64,000 nucleotides of DNA, from IMG/VR virus record IMGVR_UViG_3300006921_000012, positions 1,646-65,645 of that record; one strand, 5' to 3'. The stretch comes from a virus. Taxonomy: Duplodnaviria > Caudoviricetes. Position numbers and translations under genes: made by a program. A model generated the notes under the pieces. It ran no database searches. It was not told the origin of the DNA and saw nothing but the letters and a program-made list of their open reading frames with translations. Of the stretch, positions 27,753-40,200 are shown in pieces; the first letter of the stretch is position 1; each line of letters opens with the position of its first letter.

Positions 27753-30700
27753 TTAAGTGCTTAACCATTTTATTCTCCATCCGTTAAACTTATTACCAAT
27801 TATCCTTATTCTTTTTGTTTTTATCTGTACTTTCCCATCTAATTCCACCGCTAAGGTCACACAATATTCATCTTCTTCATATTTCCAATAATGACCTTCA
27901 ACTTTATTTCTAATACCATTTAAGTAGGTGAATGTTTCTAAATCTCCCGGTACTGATTTTTTATTTATCTCTGATGCATCTACTTTCTTACACGCTTTTA
28001 ATTGAGGTTTAAAACCGGGTTTTAAAAACGTTTTCAATCCTGATTCTATAATCCATTTGAATTTTGCTTGACCTTTTACTACTTTAGTATTTCCAATGTA
28101 GGTCTCACTATTAAAGACCAAGTCATAGTCTATATATGTTTCATCATTATATTGATACGTGTATGGTTGTAAAATCGCATTCATGTCTACCACTAAACCA
28201 GTCCTTGCATTTCTATTAACTGTAGTTGTCATGTTTCGTTGGTTTTCACCCCAGATACCCATTTCTCCAGTATTGTCTAATGTTTGTAAAGAATCGATTG
28301 GTGCTGGTGTGGCAGCACTTCTATACGCGTCTGGTGTTAATTCATTTTCAGCCATTGCATTATTAGAAGAAACTCTTTGTTGTACCCCACCCAGAAGGGA
28401 ACCATAACTACTCATTCGTACTTGAGAGCTCATTAGTGGTAAAGGTCCACAACCTATTTCTTCTACCGTAGGTGGTACCACTGGGGGTCCACACGGTGGG
28501 TTAGGGCATGGATTAACAACTGTAGGGTCTGGTGGTCCTATTCTATTAATAAATACCGCGGGTAAACATTGACAATATGTGCATTCATATCCCGCATAAA
28601 TCTGAGTAGTTCCTGTAATAAAGTCAGTTAGGTCGGTTTGGAATGACGTTCCAGCAAATATAGCAGCACCGGGGCATGCAGCTGTAGTAGTTGCTTGTAC
28701 ACATCCAACCCCCGTATTGATGCCCCAACCATAATGTCTTAAACCAGCATGATTACAGACGTTGTCCCAAGTTGCACTTGCAAAAGATTGTATAGTTGTA
28801 GGCGTACCATTTATATCTACGGCGGGTGCCATTTGTCCTGTACCACTACCATCGATACCACCCCACGCTGGGGTTGTTGTAGGACTATAAGGGAATGCTG
28901 GTCTTTGATATGTTACTGGTATAAGGGTACTGTATGGGTTTGCACCTGTTAAGGCTATTAGTGGATGCCATGGATAAGACTTATTACCATTTGGTGCAAC
29001 CCCTGAATTATCCCCATATATAGTTAGGTTTATTTCACCTAATCCTGATAATGGAACTGTTCCTCCCATTATTGCACCATATGCATGTTGTAAAAAGTGA
29101 CTATAAGTCAAAACGTTTTTTTGTACTGCAGCGTATTGGAACCCTCTAAATGTGTCATAAAAAGGCAACGTCCTCATAAATAAATCTTGTGAATATTGCC
29201 AATCTGGTGTTGGTTGCCAACGTACATTTACTAACTCAAATGGATTTCCGACTGGACCTAAAGTAGCAGCGTATCCATTAGTACCTGTCCCATACCTTTC
29301 TGCACCATTCCAATCCCAACCCATCGCTCGGCTTAAGTTAGCAGTGGTATATGAAGCCCCACCAAATGCTGTACTTGAACCTGCTGCTCCACTTCCAGAA
29401 CCATGGTATCCCATATCATGGAAAGCTATATCTGTAGACGTTGTTGTAGTTGCAGGATTAGCACCCCAAGTTGCTATGGTAGATGTAGAAGGGCTTCCTA
29501 AGTTGACTGTCCCACTACCGTAATAAGTTTTATCACCTAAAGGCATAATACCACCCCAATTATTACTATCACCAACAGCTGTTTCGTCGGTGGTAGATAT
29601 AACTAATACATTTCTATCACCACCTTTAAAAGTTTCACACGGACAAGCAAGTGGTTGTTTAGTAAAATTTGTAGTTCCTGTTATAGCTACATAAGTTAAA
29701 GGACTTGCTGTTAAAGCATGGTGAGGGTCGGATATTCCCCACATATATCCCACATTCTGTTTGTTTGCCAAGATTACAGTAGTTCCCGTAGAAACTTCTA
29801 CCTGATTATTAAATGGGTTACCACATTCATTACAACCAAATAAACTACCCGTATCTCTAAAATCATCTGAACAACAATTTTGTTGACATAAAACATCTAA
29901 ATTATATGAGGTTGGGTTTTGGAGTGTAACCGCTCTATTTATTCCACTATAAATAAATCGAGTATCAAATTGTGGTAATGATTGTACATATGGGTCCGCA
30001 AATGTAGTACCAGATAACTCCCATGGAGAATATAAAGTATTAAATGGTGTTGCAGTAAAAGGTTGGGTTCCTGAACTTAGACCTACACCATTTGCGTAAC
30101 AGTCTGGTGCGTCCTCTCCAAAAGCTATCGGATAATTGGCCCACTCACCACTTAAATTTGTATAATAAGAAAAGGCCTTTCCACTTTCTACCCAATTCAT
30201 AGTACACCCAGTTACAAACCACTCCATTTTACTACCTCTCATATCACTATTACTGGTGATATCGGTTGTCGTACCAGGTGGGTACACTCCAAAACCTGCT
30301 AGGTAACCATTATTTACATTTATACCACTCCATAATCCTGTTACACTAAATAACCTAGGACCATAACCCACATCTTGGTCAGCTACTTGGAATGGGAATC
30401 CTGTAGATGCATTTGCACCTTCATAAACTGTATTAGTAGCACCCATTCCTTGATTTCCACCCCCATACCATGTTGTATAACCTTGAGAATTAGGATTTGT
30501 TGAGGTTACATTATAAGAACAAGTGTCTAATTCTCCATGCCATGGATAATATGAGGCATTTACCCATCTTTCACCAAATACGGGTATATGAAATACACTT
30601 CCCGTCCAACCTGTATTAATGTTTGTTCTATAGTTGGTCGCCCAGGCATCAATTCCATTTTTAGCCGCTGTACCTGTCGCTAATAATACACTGGTAACAT

Positions 30701-31112
30701 CATAAAAAGCATAAATGTTAGTACAACTTAAAAATGCAGAGTTTCCAGTTATAGGGTGACAATTTATAATTGGTCTTCCTCTGTGTCCTCTCACATCTGT
30801 CATATCAAACCATTCCGTAGTTGCTGTTAAAGGATTTACAAAGTGTTCTTGTAAATTAGCTATGATAGCTAAACCTAAATCATTATTTAGAGTTTGTGTA
30901 CTACCTGGTAGACTAGTGTTTTGTGGTTGGGGAGAAACTCCGTTATCCCAGTATTGAGATGTCTTTCTGTAGTCCCAATCATCATCATAAAATGTAAATC
31001 GCTGGATGAGTTCTTTTAGACCTAATCCATTCGGCTTAACCATTCTCTCCTTACCTTTATCGGTAAGGAACATCTCAAGTGATTTTATTTTATTAAATTC
31101 TAAAAATCCCAT
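27753..31112 (-). CDS. Large tail-associated protein with an interrupted vWA-like domain
   Basis: N-terminal LTDKGK...F.F.DDD.DY motif; IYAFYDVTS...VLVISTTDE region paralogous to part of the 3015-aa protein. Confidence 0.65.
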   Translation of the reverse strand: MGFLEFNKIKSLEMFLTDKGKERMVKPNGLGLKELIQRFTFYDDDWDYRKTSQYWDNGVSPQPQNTSLPGSTQTLNNDLGLAIIANLQEHFVNPLTATTEWFDMTDVRGHRGRPIINCHPITGNSAFLSCTNIYAFYDVTSVLLATGTAAKNGIDAWATNYRTNINTGWTGSVFHIPVFGERWVNASYYPWHGELDTCSYNVTSTNPNSQGYTTWYGGGNQGMGATNTVYEGANASTGFPFQVADQDVGYGPRLFSVTGLWSGINVNNGYLAGFGVYPPGTTTDITSNSDMRGSKMEWFVTGCTMNWVESGKAFSYYTNLSGEWANYPIAFGEDAPDCYANGVGLSSGTQPFTATPFNTLYSPWELSGTTFADPYVQSLPQFDTRFIYSGINRAVTLQNPTSYNLDVLCQQNCCSDDFRDTGSLFGCNECGNPFNNQVEVSTGTTVILANKQNVGYMWGISDPHHALTASPLTYVAITGTTNFTKQPLACPCETFKGGDRNVLVISTTDETAVGDSNNWGGIMPLGDKTYYGSGTVNLGSPSTSTIATWGANPATTTTSTDIAFHDMGYHGSGSGAAGSSTAFGGASYTTANLSRAMGWDWNGAERYGTGTNGYAATLGPVGNPFELVNVRWQPTPDWQYSQDLFMRTLPFYDTFRGFQYAAVQKNVLTYSHFLQHAYGAIMGGTVPLSGLGEINLTIYGDNSGVAPNGNKSYPWHPLIALTGANPYSTLIPVTYQRPAFPYSPTTTPAWGGIDGSGTGQMAPAVDINGTPTTIQSFASATWDNVCNHAGLRHYGWGINTGVGCVQATTTAACPGAAIFAGTSFQTDLTDFITGTTQIYAGYECTYCQCLPAVFINRIGPPDPTVVNPCPNPPCGPPVVPPTVEEIGCGPLPLMSSQVRMSSYGSLLGGVQQRVSSNNAMAENELTPDAYRSAATPAPIDSLQTLDNTGEMGIWGENQRNMTTTVNRNARTGLVVDMNAILQPYTYQYNDETYIDYDLVFNSETYIGNTKVVKGQAKFKWIIESGLKTFLKPGFKPQLKACKKVDASEINKKSVPGDLETFTYLNGIRNKVEGHYWKYEEDEYCVTLAVELDGKVQIKTKRIRIIGNKFNGWRIKWLST

Positions 31113-31121
31113 TTACTAATA

Positions 31122-33527
31122 TTAATAATCTATTTTAATAACAAACGTTTGTGTTCCTTGTCTTTTTGTTGCTGTTCTTAATTTTGCTATAGCCATTAAA
31201 TCTTTGGAGGCATCAAATAAACCGATTTCTGTAATTCTTACGGTATTAGCTGAATTCCATGTAGGATTTAATGAGGTGTTAAACTGATTACTAGAGATGG
31301 TAACATTATATTTCATTTCATATATAGTTGCCATTATATCTGTCTCTAGATTACCAAAAAAGAAATTCTCATCACCAAATTGTAATAGACTAGGTTCTTG
31401 ATTGTTATTTAAAGGAATATTAATATAGTCGTGGAGATTATATGTTGTTGCTCCAGTTATTACAACATTATTAATGTAGAAACTACAATTACTATTAGTC
31501 ATACCGGTTCCTAAAATTTCTTGCCCTGGAGTATGTTGTGCTATTTGATTAGTTAAGTCAGCTATCTTCCAATTAGCAGGATTAGGATAGTCACCATAAT
31601 TTACTCGTTGGAAAATTACTTTAAATTTATCAGCGTTCCATCCTGTTCCAGAGTATGCACAACCTACACTTGTGTTGTATCCTCTTAAGTATGGCCATTC
31701 TGGTCCAAAGTTCATTACAATGTCTCTTGCTCCTGCTGAAGTATCACCAATAATTTTACTATAATAATTACAATGCATTCCTGTACTATAACCTGCAGTA
31801 CTCTCCATTAGGTATGTTACATACATCTCTTCGGTATTAGGAGTGGCATTAAATGCTCCTACATTACTTGTTCCTCCAGCACAATTAGTACCAGCTGGTA
31901 TTAATTCTAGTTTAGGCATTGGTAATGTCCAATTTCTATTTGATTTATAAGTCAATGCAGTAAGTAATTCCTGGTCATCTATCACTATTAATTGTAAATC
32001 TGGGAATACTTTACCCACCCTATTTGGTGTCATTGTTTGATTTGCATCAACTGTAGCTAAGTTATCGTCCCATAGATTATAATATCTAATACCTGGGGTG
32101 TTCATGTCTGGATTCGGTAGAGACTCAATATAAAATTCTTCTGCTACTTGGAATCCTGGTGGGTCAACATAAAAAGTTTGTCCCATTTCACATTCGTCTC
32201 CTAGTCCAGTACCTGTTCCTCTTTTCTTATGCCACATAATGTGGGGTATGTGGATTTTGAAATTATCCATTTCCCCAATACCGTTTAGTTGGGTTCCATT
32301 AGGTTCTAAAGCAAATTTTTCTCCATAAAAATTAGAGATAGTATAATTGGTGTAGTGTAAGATAGCTACCGTTCTTTGTTCAGAAGGTAACATCGTTCTA
32401 ATTTGGTTAAATGAATCTCTGATATAAGTTCCTGAATTTTCTGGTTCGTAACCCGCTACATTGTTAGCTCCATAATAATCTTGTGCATTTTGTGTGTCAA
32501 ATTGACCGGTATCACTATTGTATCCTAGGTATTCTTTAGTACTACAATATCCAGAAGAACCATAAAAATCTACATTTTCATATACATTCTTATCTGTACC
32601 TGCAACCGTACCTGCATTAACTAAAGTACCGTCAAATTGAGTCCAGTTTATATTCATATTCCAGACGTTTACATCTTTAACAGAAACATCACAATTATTA
32701 TCAAAAGATAAAGAACCTGGTGACCAATAAGGGATTGGTGTGTCTTTACCCCAGTAATTGGTTACTGGACCACTTGTGAAGATTAGAACTCTTGCACATA
32801 GAGTAGAGGCTGTTGCAAAATTATTAGTAGACCAATCTGGTAAGGCTCTATCTACAGTAATATTCATAGTAGCTCCCGCGGTATCCCCACTACTAATAAC
32901 ATTATAAAATAAATAAGGATTAGAGTTATTAGATGGGATGTTTAAGTACCCAGATACACATCCTGTAGAGGATGATTGGTAAGGTGAGATATATTGTACC
33001 ATAACTAAATCCCCAGCTACTGGCCAATAGTCTTGTGTACTACACTGGGTCGCTCCACTCGTTAACCACATCATTGTTCCTCCCGTCATCGACTTAACTG
33101 GATAACACCAATTAGCTGATAAAACATAACCAGAACTAGTAATCGCACTAAATCCAGCACTCATTGTACTTCCACTAAAAAATCCACGTGGTCTTGCAAC
33201 ATTATAAACTGGTTGTTCGGAATGAGCTGGTGATAATACACCATATGTTGCACCACTATTAGTAGATAAAACCGGTATTGGGTATTTAACATTTTGTTTA
33301 TTTCTTTCAGCGGTAATATTTGATAGGTTTTGAGCGTTCCACATTGGTTCTGTAATCCAGATACCTGAAGACCCCGCTAGTACATCTGTATAGCAATCGT
33401 AACAGAATTCACTATCACCCAACTGAAATAATGAGAGGGATAAATTTCCTTGTGATAATTTTTTTCTTCCAGCATCAGTTAATCTCACTGTAACTAAACC
33501 GGAATTATTCTTTAATATGTATGGCAT
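31122..33527 (-). CDS. Tail/baseplate-associated structural protein
   Basis: Has both the N-terminal LTDAGRKKLSQG...FQLGDSE motif and the C-terminal ITEIGLFD...LMAIAKL motif. Confidence 0.7.
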   Translation of the reverse strand: MPYILKNNSGLVTVRLTDAGRKKLSQGNLSLSLFQLGDSEFCYDCYTDVLAGSSGIWITEPMWNAQNLSNITAERNKQNVKYPIPVLSTNSGATYGVLSPAHSEQPVYNVARPRGFFSGSTMSAGFSAITSSGYVLSANWCYPVKSMTGGTMMWLTSGATQCSTQDYWPVAGDLVMVQYISPYQSSSTGCVSGYLNIPSNNSNPYLFYNVISSGDTAGATMNITVDRALPDWSTNNFATASTLCARVLIFTSGPVTNYWGKDTPIPYWSPGSLSFDNNCDVSVKDVNVWNMNINWTQFDGTLVNAGTVAGTDKNVYENVDFYGSSGYCSTKEYLGYNSDTGQFDTQNAQDYYGANNVAGYEPENSGTYIRDSFNQIRTMLPSEQRTVAILHYTNYTISNFYGEKFALEPNGTQLNGIGEMDNFKIHIPHIMWHKKRGTGTGLGDECEMGQTFYVDPPGFQVAEEFYIESLPNPDMNTPGIRYYNLWDDNLATVDANQTMTPNRVGKVFPDLQLIVIDDQELLTALTYKSNRNWTLPMPKLELIPAGTNCAGGTSNVGAFNATPNTEEMYVTYLMESTAGYSTGMHCNYYSKIIGDTSAGARDIVMNFGPEWPYLRGYNTSVGCAYSGTGWNADKFKVIFQRVNYGDYPNPANWKIADLTNQIAQHTPGQEILGTGMTNSNCSFYINNVVITGATTYNLHDYINIPLNNNQEPSLLQFGDENFFFGNLETDIMATIYEMKYNVTISSNQFNTSLNPTWNSANTVRITEIGLFDASKDLMAIAKLRTATKRQGTQTFVIKIDY

Positions 33528-33548
33528 GGTTAATTATTTTAATTTATA

Positions 33549-33557
33549 TATAAATAT
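33549..33557 (-). promoter_or_regulatory. Putative late-promoter motif ATATTTATA
   Basis: 21 nt upstream of the ATG at 33527. Confidence 0.5.
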
Positions 33558-33565
33558 TATACCTA

Positions 33566-36500
33566 CTAGATTTCATCTCCCAAATCTTCATATGTACTGG
33601 ATTTTGTAAAGTAGTAAGTTGATGGTGTCATTTTAAACGCTATTCTTTCTGTTTCGTTCTTAGTTTTAATGATATTATTATCAATTAGAGGATATTCTCT
33701 ATATGAAACAAGATTATAAGTATACTCACCTGGACCTGGAACATTAATGTTCATTTCGAGTCTTTGTGGTCCTGAAGTTCCTCTTGGTAATTTGGTAGTT
33801 TGGGTATACACCGTTGTCCCCGTACTATCATAAACCATTAGGTTAACTTCCTCGTTATTTCTTACATTAGTTGTATAATTAAGATTAACTTGTGGATTTG
33901 CACTATTTGCAATACCGGATACCGTTAATCGTGTATAGTAAAATACTATTAGTCTATCCCCCGCTACTAATCCACCTGGATTTTGTACCGAAAGTATTTG
34001 TATTCTTTTAGAATTTATCTGTTTGAAGTCACTGTCAGCATATAACACAGTACCATTAAATACTAACCCTATGTCTCCCAAAGGTTGGTAGTCTAGATTT
34101 ATATTGTAATATATATTCTTATAATATAAAGTACTTGTTTTTGCGGAGGTTACTCCACTTGCAGGTACAGTAATATATTGGGAGTAGGTACTCTGATTAG
34201 TGGTATTAGGAACATAGAATGCATTTATTAAGTCCCCATCTCTTAATGTATTTTTCTTTATAGATAGGGTATTCCCATCACTATAAAAATCACCATCACT
34301 CATAGAAGTATTTGTTGACTTAAACAATGTAATACCATTAACTGTCACTTGCATATTACCATCCGACTGGTAATCTAATGGGGTGATGAATGTTCTATTC
34401 TGAACCGCCACTGTAGTTGCTGTGGTAGCCGTTGTCCCTGTAAGTACTGTTATTCGTTGATTATATACCTGACATTGGTTCACCGTTGCTGGGTAAGTCA
34501 ATTCAGTGGTGTCAAACGATGGAGCACTTGGTTTACTGACAAGAATTAAATAATAGTCTTTATCCTTATCATATATGCCATATTCATTATTTGAGTTGGA
34601 ATTTAAATCTAGTGTATCGAACCAGGTAGCGGTAGTCCCAGAAACTCTATTTACTTTACAACCACTATAATAAATGTCTTGTAATTTATCTTTGATGATA
34701 GAACTTGGTTTGATGCAATATTCCCAAAAATCTTCACATGGGAAATTACTGATTGGTACTTGGTCGTTACCTTCTGTATAAATTGCTGTTGTTCCGGATA
34801 ATTGAGTGGTCACATTATCAAATATTCTACTTACTAAAGGTACATTTAAAAACTCACCCGTTTCTGGAACATATGGAAATATAGAATATTTACCATATGC
34901 ATTATTATTTCTCATTTCTGCTGTCTCACTTACCCACCTTAATTTAAAAGGTACATCTTCTATCTCATCACAATAATAAACGGCATATCTTTTTGCTGCA
35001 ATATCTATTTTAGTGGCTCCTGTGATGTCTACTTGAGGTTCTACGTATGTCTGCATTTCTACTTTAACTGAAGGTCGAATAACTGGGACCTCGGGTCTTC
35101 CTGGAAACCCACCACCAAAACTATTACTCCAATCATCGTTAACTGGGTTAGTGTGTGAAACATTTAAAGTCTTAGTATTATACAATTCGAAATAGGAAGA
35201 TTTACTCACTCCTGGTTTGGTTGCCACCACTTCAAAGTTACTTTGGTACCCTGTAAACGCGATATCAAAGAATTGTGTTGTGGGTTGGGATGATGTGGTG
35301 TATCCATAATTTTGTGAACCTAAAAACTTATTTAATTCATTTCCGGTAATTATTTTACTATCTACTGATGTAGTTCTTCCTGACCAAGTAGTGGTATCTA
35401 ATAAAGAGAAGTTTAATTCATAATCAGGATTATAATCATTTGTTTGACCTATAAAAGTAGACGCGTGGGTTTGTGTAGCTCCCGTATTACCCATAGTGTC
35501 CGTCATCTGGATTTTAAATAGTTCCCCTTGTTGTCCACTTCTAGTTATTCTTACTCTTACATTACCTTGTTTATCGAAATCATTACCTGATACAAATCTA
35601 TAAGGACTAGGTGAGGTACCTATACTTCCACTAAACTCACTATTCCAAGGTTGTTCATTATTGATTAATGAAAATCCGGATGCACTATTCCCATAGTTAT
35701 AGGTTAAATTAATTGTAGGTGCGGAAGCACCGTTTCTATTGGCAAAAGTTAAAGTTATATTATGTGAAACATTTGTAGGTCCGTACTCTCCAAGCGTGTC
35801 TTTAAACCAAGCTAAGTATAATCCTATGGTATCATCGTCCGTTGAGGTAGAACCTAGTGTTACTTCATGTGTATAGTTCAAATATGAACAACTACTAATA
35901 AATCCATTAGGTAGTCCGGAATTACTTGTACATTGAATCATACATGTCCCGACACCATTATCCATTTGTTTTGTGGTAGCACTGACTACGGTACTATTCG
36001 TTCCACTAATGGTAAATTGATTATTAGTTATTGGTTGACATCCCCAATTCGTACTAGAAGTTAAACCTGTTGCTGCAGATGGATTGGCTTCTATTCCTTG
36101 ATTATTTCTTGGATTGAACGTTACCCACTGATAATTAGTACCCACAACTGCAGTGTAGAATAACACTACAAACCTTTTTATTTTAGTACTCCAATAAAAA
36201 GTACCTGCATTAGCAGAATTTTTAGTTATTGTTGTAGGACCCACATCTTGACCTTCATAAGCAGCTTGTTGTGCTAAAGGGACGTTTGGTTGGTACCAGT
36301 CTTTGGTATTATCCGTTAAACGATTTGCGGTTGCTCCCGTATAGAACCAAAAATATGGAGCGTAGGCACTGTAATCTTCTATAACTTTATCACTCCCTCT
36401 TTCACCCTCTTTAGTTTCTACTGTTGCTTTTTCACTTTTTTCTTCTGCAACCGTATAATAGTCTAATTCTTCTGCAGACCTAGCGGTTTCACTATCTGTT

Positions 36501-37261
36501 TCACGTTTACTCTTACTTTCATCTTCCCCTGTGGTCGCTATTCCATTTGTTATGTACCAAGCTCCTTCTCCATCGGTAAAATCTGTAAAAAACATTTTTT
36601 CGGCGAAGTACCCTGTCGGGTATGTATCGGCAGGACCATGAAAATATTTAGCAAAGTCTCCCATCGGTGCAACCCTAGTCCAGTTTTCTACAATAGTAGA
36701 TGCGGACATATTTCCTGTGGTTGTATTCGTTGCACTACACCCTGTTACATTCCTTGATTCATAGGTATAAAAATTTCCATCATGTGCCGTAACAGTATAA
36801 CCCCCATCTGTTAAATTCTTAAAGATGTGGGGATGATTACCTGGTCCAATATACGTCACACTATCTTCTAATATCCCGTCTTTAAATAAGTTGTATTTGA
36901 CTTCAGGTTGGGTATGAGTAAAAGTATGTACTTTTATTTGACAATATTTAGAAACGTTAGTAACACAGCTATTATCAATAACAGATGCGGATAAACTAAC
37001 TGGGGGGATATTTCCTATTATAATAACTTCTGTACTTGCTGAACCAAATACATCGGTTACTGTACCTGAATATGCCCCAGCACATAGACTAGTTAATGTA
37101 GTAGTATTGGCTGTATAGGAGGAGGGTCCAACCCAACTAAGGGTATATGGTCCTGTTCCACCAGCTAATACTAAATTAGTAATAGAACCAGTACACGACC
37201 CACTTACAGTATAAGTGACGTCATACGAATTAAATGTTGGTATTGTTGTTCTTGCACTCAT
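33566..37261 (-). CDS. Large tail-associated protein with N-terminal SprB-like repeats
   Basis: GSI....GGTGPYT.SW....L.AG.Y..TVTD..G; two C-terminal V.NG...DF...I...L..GD.I..FY repeats. Confidence 0.7.
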   Translation of the reverse strand: MSARTTIPTFNSYDVTYTVSGSCTGSITNLVLAGGTGPYTLSWVGPSSYTANTTTLTSLCAGAYSGTVTDVFGSASTEVIIIGNIPPVSLSASVIDNSCVTNVSKYCQIKVHTFTHTQPEVKYNLFKDGILEDSVTYIGPGNHPHIFKNLTDGGYTVTAHDGNFYTYESRNVTGCSATNTTTGNMSASTIVENWTRVAPMGDFAKYFHGPADTYPTGYFAEKMFFTDFTDGEGAWYITNGIATTGEDESKSKRETDSETARSAEELDYYTVAEEKSEKATVETKEGERGSDKVIEDYSAYAPYFWFYTGATANRLTDNTKDWYQPNVPLAQQAAYEGQDVGPTTITKNSANAGTFYWSTKIKRFVVLFYTAVVGTNYQWVTFNPRNNQGIEANPSAATGLTSSTNWGCQPITNNQFTISGTNSTVVSATTKQMDNGVGTCMIQCTSNSGLPNGFISSCSYLNYTHEVTLGSTSTDDDTIGLYLAWFKDTLGEYGPTNVSHNITLTFANRNGASAPTINLTYNYGNSASGFSLINNEQPWNSEFSGSIGTSPSPYRFVSGNDFDKQGNVRVRITRSGQQGELFKIQMTDTMGNTGATQTHASTFIGQTNDYNPDYELNFSLLDTTTWSGRTTSVDSKIITGNELNKFLGSQNYGYTTSSQPTTQFFDIAFTGYQSNFEVVATKPGVSKSSYFELYNTKTLNVSHTNPVNDDWSNSFGGGFPGRPEVPVIRPSVKVEMQTYVEPQVDITGATKIDIAAKRYAVYYCDEIEDVPFKLRWVSETAEMRNNNAYGKYSIFPYVPETGEFLNVPLVSRIFDNVTTQLSGTTAIYTEGNDQVPISNFPCEDFWEYCIKPSSIIKDKLQDIYYSGCKVNRVSGTTATWFDTLDLNSNSNNEYGIYDKDKDYYLILVSKPSAPSFDTTELTYPATVNQCQVYNQRITVLTGTTATTATTVAVQNRTFITPLDYQSDGNMQVTVNGITLFKSTNTSMSDGDFYSDGNTLSIKKNTLRDGDLINAFYVPNTTNQSTYSQYITVPASGVTSAKTSTLYYKNIYYNINLDYQPLGDIGLVFNGTVLYADSDFKQINSKRIQILSVQNPGGLVAGDRLIVFYYTRLTVSGIANSANPQVNLNYTTNVRNNEEVNLMVYDSTGTTVYTQTTKLPRGTSGPQRLEMNINVPGPGEYTYNLVSYREYPLIDNNIIKTKNETERIAFKMTPSTYYFTKSSTYEDLGDEI

Positions 37262-37266
37262 CTAAA

Positions 37267-40200
37267 TTAATATCTATTATTTCTTCCTAAGGTACTTCTA
37301 CCTATAGGGGTGTTTATACCTAGAGATTTTAGTTTTCCTACCATAGTTTGGTTTGGTCTTACTCCTTTACAAAATTCTTGACACTTCCGTCCACAACTAG
37401 TGTTATTTTTACAATTAAGTGTTTTATCTGCTATTACTTTACCTTCATTTTCAACTCTACATTCACATAAAGTAGTATACTCCTCTGTAGCTTCTAAACT
37501 ACTATAGAGATTATACTGATTTGTTCTAATAGTAATAGGTTCTCCGTCAATAATAAGGTCGCTCAAACTAAAGTACATTTTTCTTTCTGTTTGATTTCTA
37601 TTTTGTACTATATAATCTCTTCCAGTTCCCACATCTGCTGGGTTTCCAAATAAAGTGGTTGCGTTGAAATAATTCATAGTTGTATCTGGATTATCATTGT
37701 AATATACCATATGTGAAAATCTCCTATCCGTTCCTTTAACTTGGAATATGGTTTCCACTAAATAAGTGTGTTGGTAATTAGGGAATGGTGGTGTTTCTCC
37801 CACATAAGAATTAAATCGTGGCATTGTCCAATATGTCATCATTCCGTGTGAACTAAACGGTTCAGTACCAAATGGTTGTACAGCATTTGTAAATCCACCA
37901 TTTAATAATGTTTCATTCCAACGTGCTGATTTTGATTTAGATATTCCCAATTCGAACTCTCCTCTATATTTTTGTGAGACATCTAAATATGTAAGATTGG
38001 TTATGTCTTTCTCGTTATTGATAGGGGGACTATAAACTAATGGTTGGCTATCAAACATAGTAGTTACAAATAAACTCCCTTTTTCTTTTCCTGTAAATTT
38101 CTTTCCGTTATTCCACCATATTAAATCTCTACCGTAGTTGTCCACATCCCATACCAATCCTAGAGCCTGTTTCTTTGTGTTACATGCGTCCATAGTTACC
38201 CTATACCAAGGATAAGTGGTCTCCATATTTACTGTTTTACTACCTAATCTTAGATTAACCGATGTAGCACCACTCATTTTACTAGTACTAGTCCAGTTTA
38301 CTCTATGTTTTAATCTTATCTCATCACCCGCATTTAATTTAATACACTTAGTATCTAAACTAACATCCACTATTTTAGTAAATACATGACCAGAATCACC
38401 ACTTACTGATGGATATCCACATGTTGCTCCTGAAATATTATAAGTGTCGGCGATTAAATCACCAGGTGTAACATCTAAAGTTAGGAATTTATCAGCAGTT
38501 GGGTAAACTTGTGGATTATTACCTATAACATATTGAGTTAGGGTGACTGCGGATGTGGAACCACTTAATTTTCTTTCTATCCATATTTCTGCTTTAAGAT
38601 GGTCTATACCCTTATATTGTGAGAAACCGTAACTAGGTGTAACTCTCCAATATGGTGAAATGTTAGTATATGGATTAGAATCGTATCCTTCTTGGGTTGT
38701 CACATCACTACCACCACCCGCATATAATATAGAACTATTAACTAAATTCTTATAGTGATAATCATTAGATGGATAACTATAATTAGTATAAATCTTATAG
38801 TAATTTCTTAAGTATTCACACCACCCTGTATCATAATAATCTAGTGTTAAAGCTCCTTGATATTGGAATCTGTATTCCGCAGTGGTTAGGATTTTATAGT
38901 ATATGTAATCATTATCTACATTAACTTGTTTATATAAAGGTCCTCCATTCTCATTTAAAACCTCTGGTTTCACACACGCTGCAGTTATGGTGTTACTCCC
39001 CCCTTGGAGTGTGGCTCCATCCGCTGTAGGACCATTCATTGGTATCACAGTAGTTCCAGTAAATCCACTATATGTATAAACTAAATCAAAAGTTAAATCG
39101 CTGTTTAAGTTATTGTTTGTACTACCACTATTATAAATTCCTAAATTAGTATACCCTGTGTATTGAGTTGTTAGTCCACTTAATTGGTGGTATTCTCTCC
39201 TAAAGGTCCTCCAATCACCATATGTGGTTGCTAGTAATTCAACATTTAAACTTTTAAGTGGTGTATATAAATTATTTCCTGAATTATCGACCCCTAGTGC
39301 GGTTGTATAGTCTTTTCTTATTTCAAAATAATCTAACTCCCCATCACTTCTATAACGTGCATAACTATTACTAAAGATGTCGTTCCCGAGAGTTCTTTCT
39401 ACCCAATCATTTAAATTTTTATATTTTATAAATGTTTTATGGAAAGAGTTGGTAGGTGAAAGTGCACCCACAGTAACCGCGGATAAACTAAAGTTCATCT
39501 CTGTTGATAAAGCTGGTATTTCTTCAAATGTAGAACTAGACCTTTCATCTGGTCCTGTACCTACAACTGTTTTATAATCAGGGTTGTACAAATTGTAAGA
39601 TTCTACATTACCAATTTGTTTAGAAGTAAGACTATAAGCAAATCCATCTCTAACTGATTGATTTCTAAAGAATAGTTGAGTTGTATGATTAGGGTAGGTT
39701 TGGACAATGGTAGAAAACCAATTTAGTTTTACTTTTTCATAACCATTACTATCCGTATAGGTTAGAGCGGTTCTGGTTGCAACCCTTGTGGTTGGGTCTA
39801 CTATTACATTAACCGATGTCTGATTATATGGTATCTCCAATCCACTCTTATATGGTGTATTATTGAGTACCGCATATATATTACCATCCACTATCTCATA
39901 ATCTTCGGTATCCACCGATGGGTGATATCTATTAAAATATTGTTGGTAATTAAATTCTACCAGTCCACCTTCTCCCGCTAATTGTGTTAACGAACTATTC
40001 ATTAGAGAGGTCATAGTATCCGATACTTCTTTTTTGTTCCCATCTAATGGGGTTAGTTGTAACATCGGTGCATTAAGGTTGGTAGGACATGGTTTACCAC
40101 TTGGGATGTCGTTGTCTATTGTATCAAGTCCCCCGTAACTTACTATCTTATCATTAAATTCAATAGCGTCTGCTGGTAATCCATTACATATTAAATTTAT

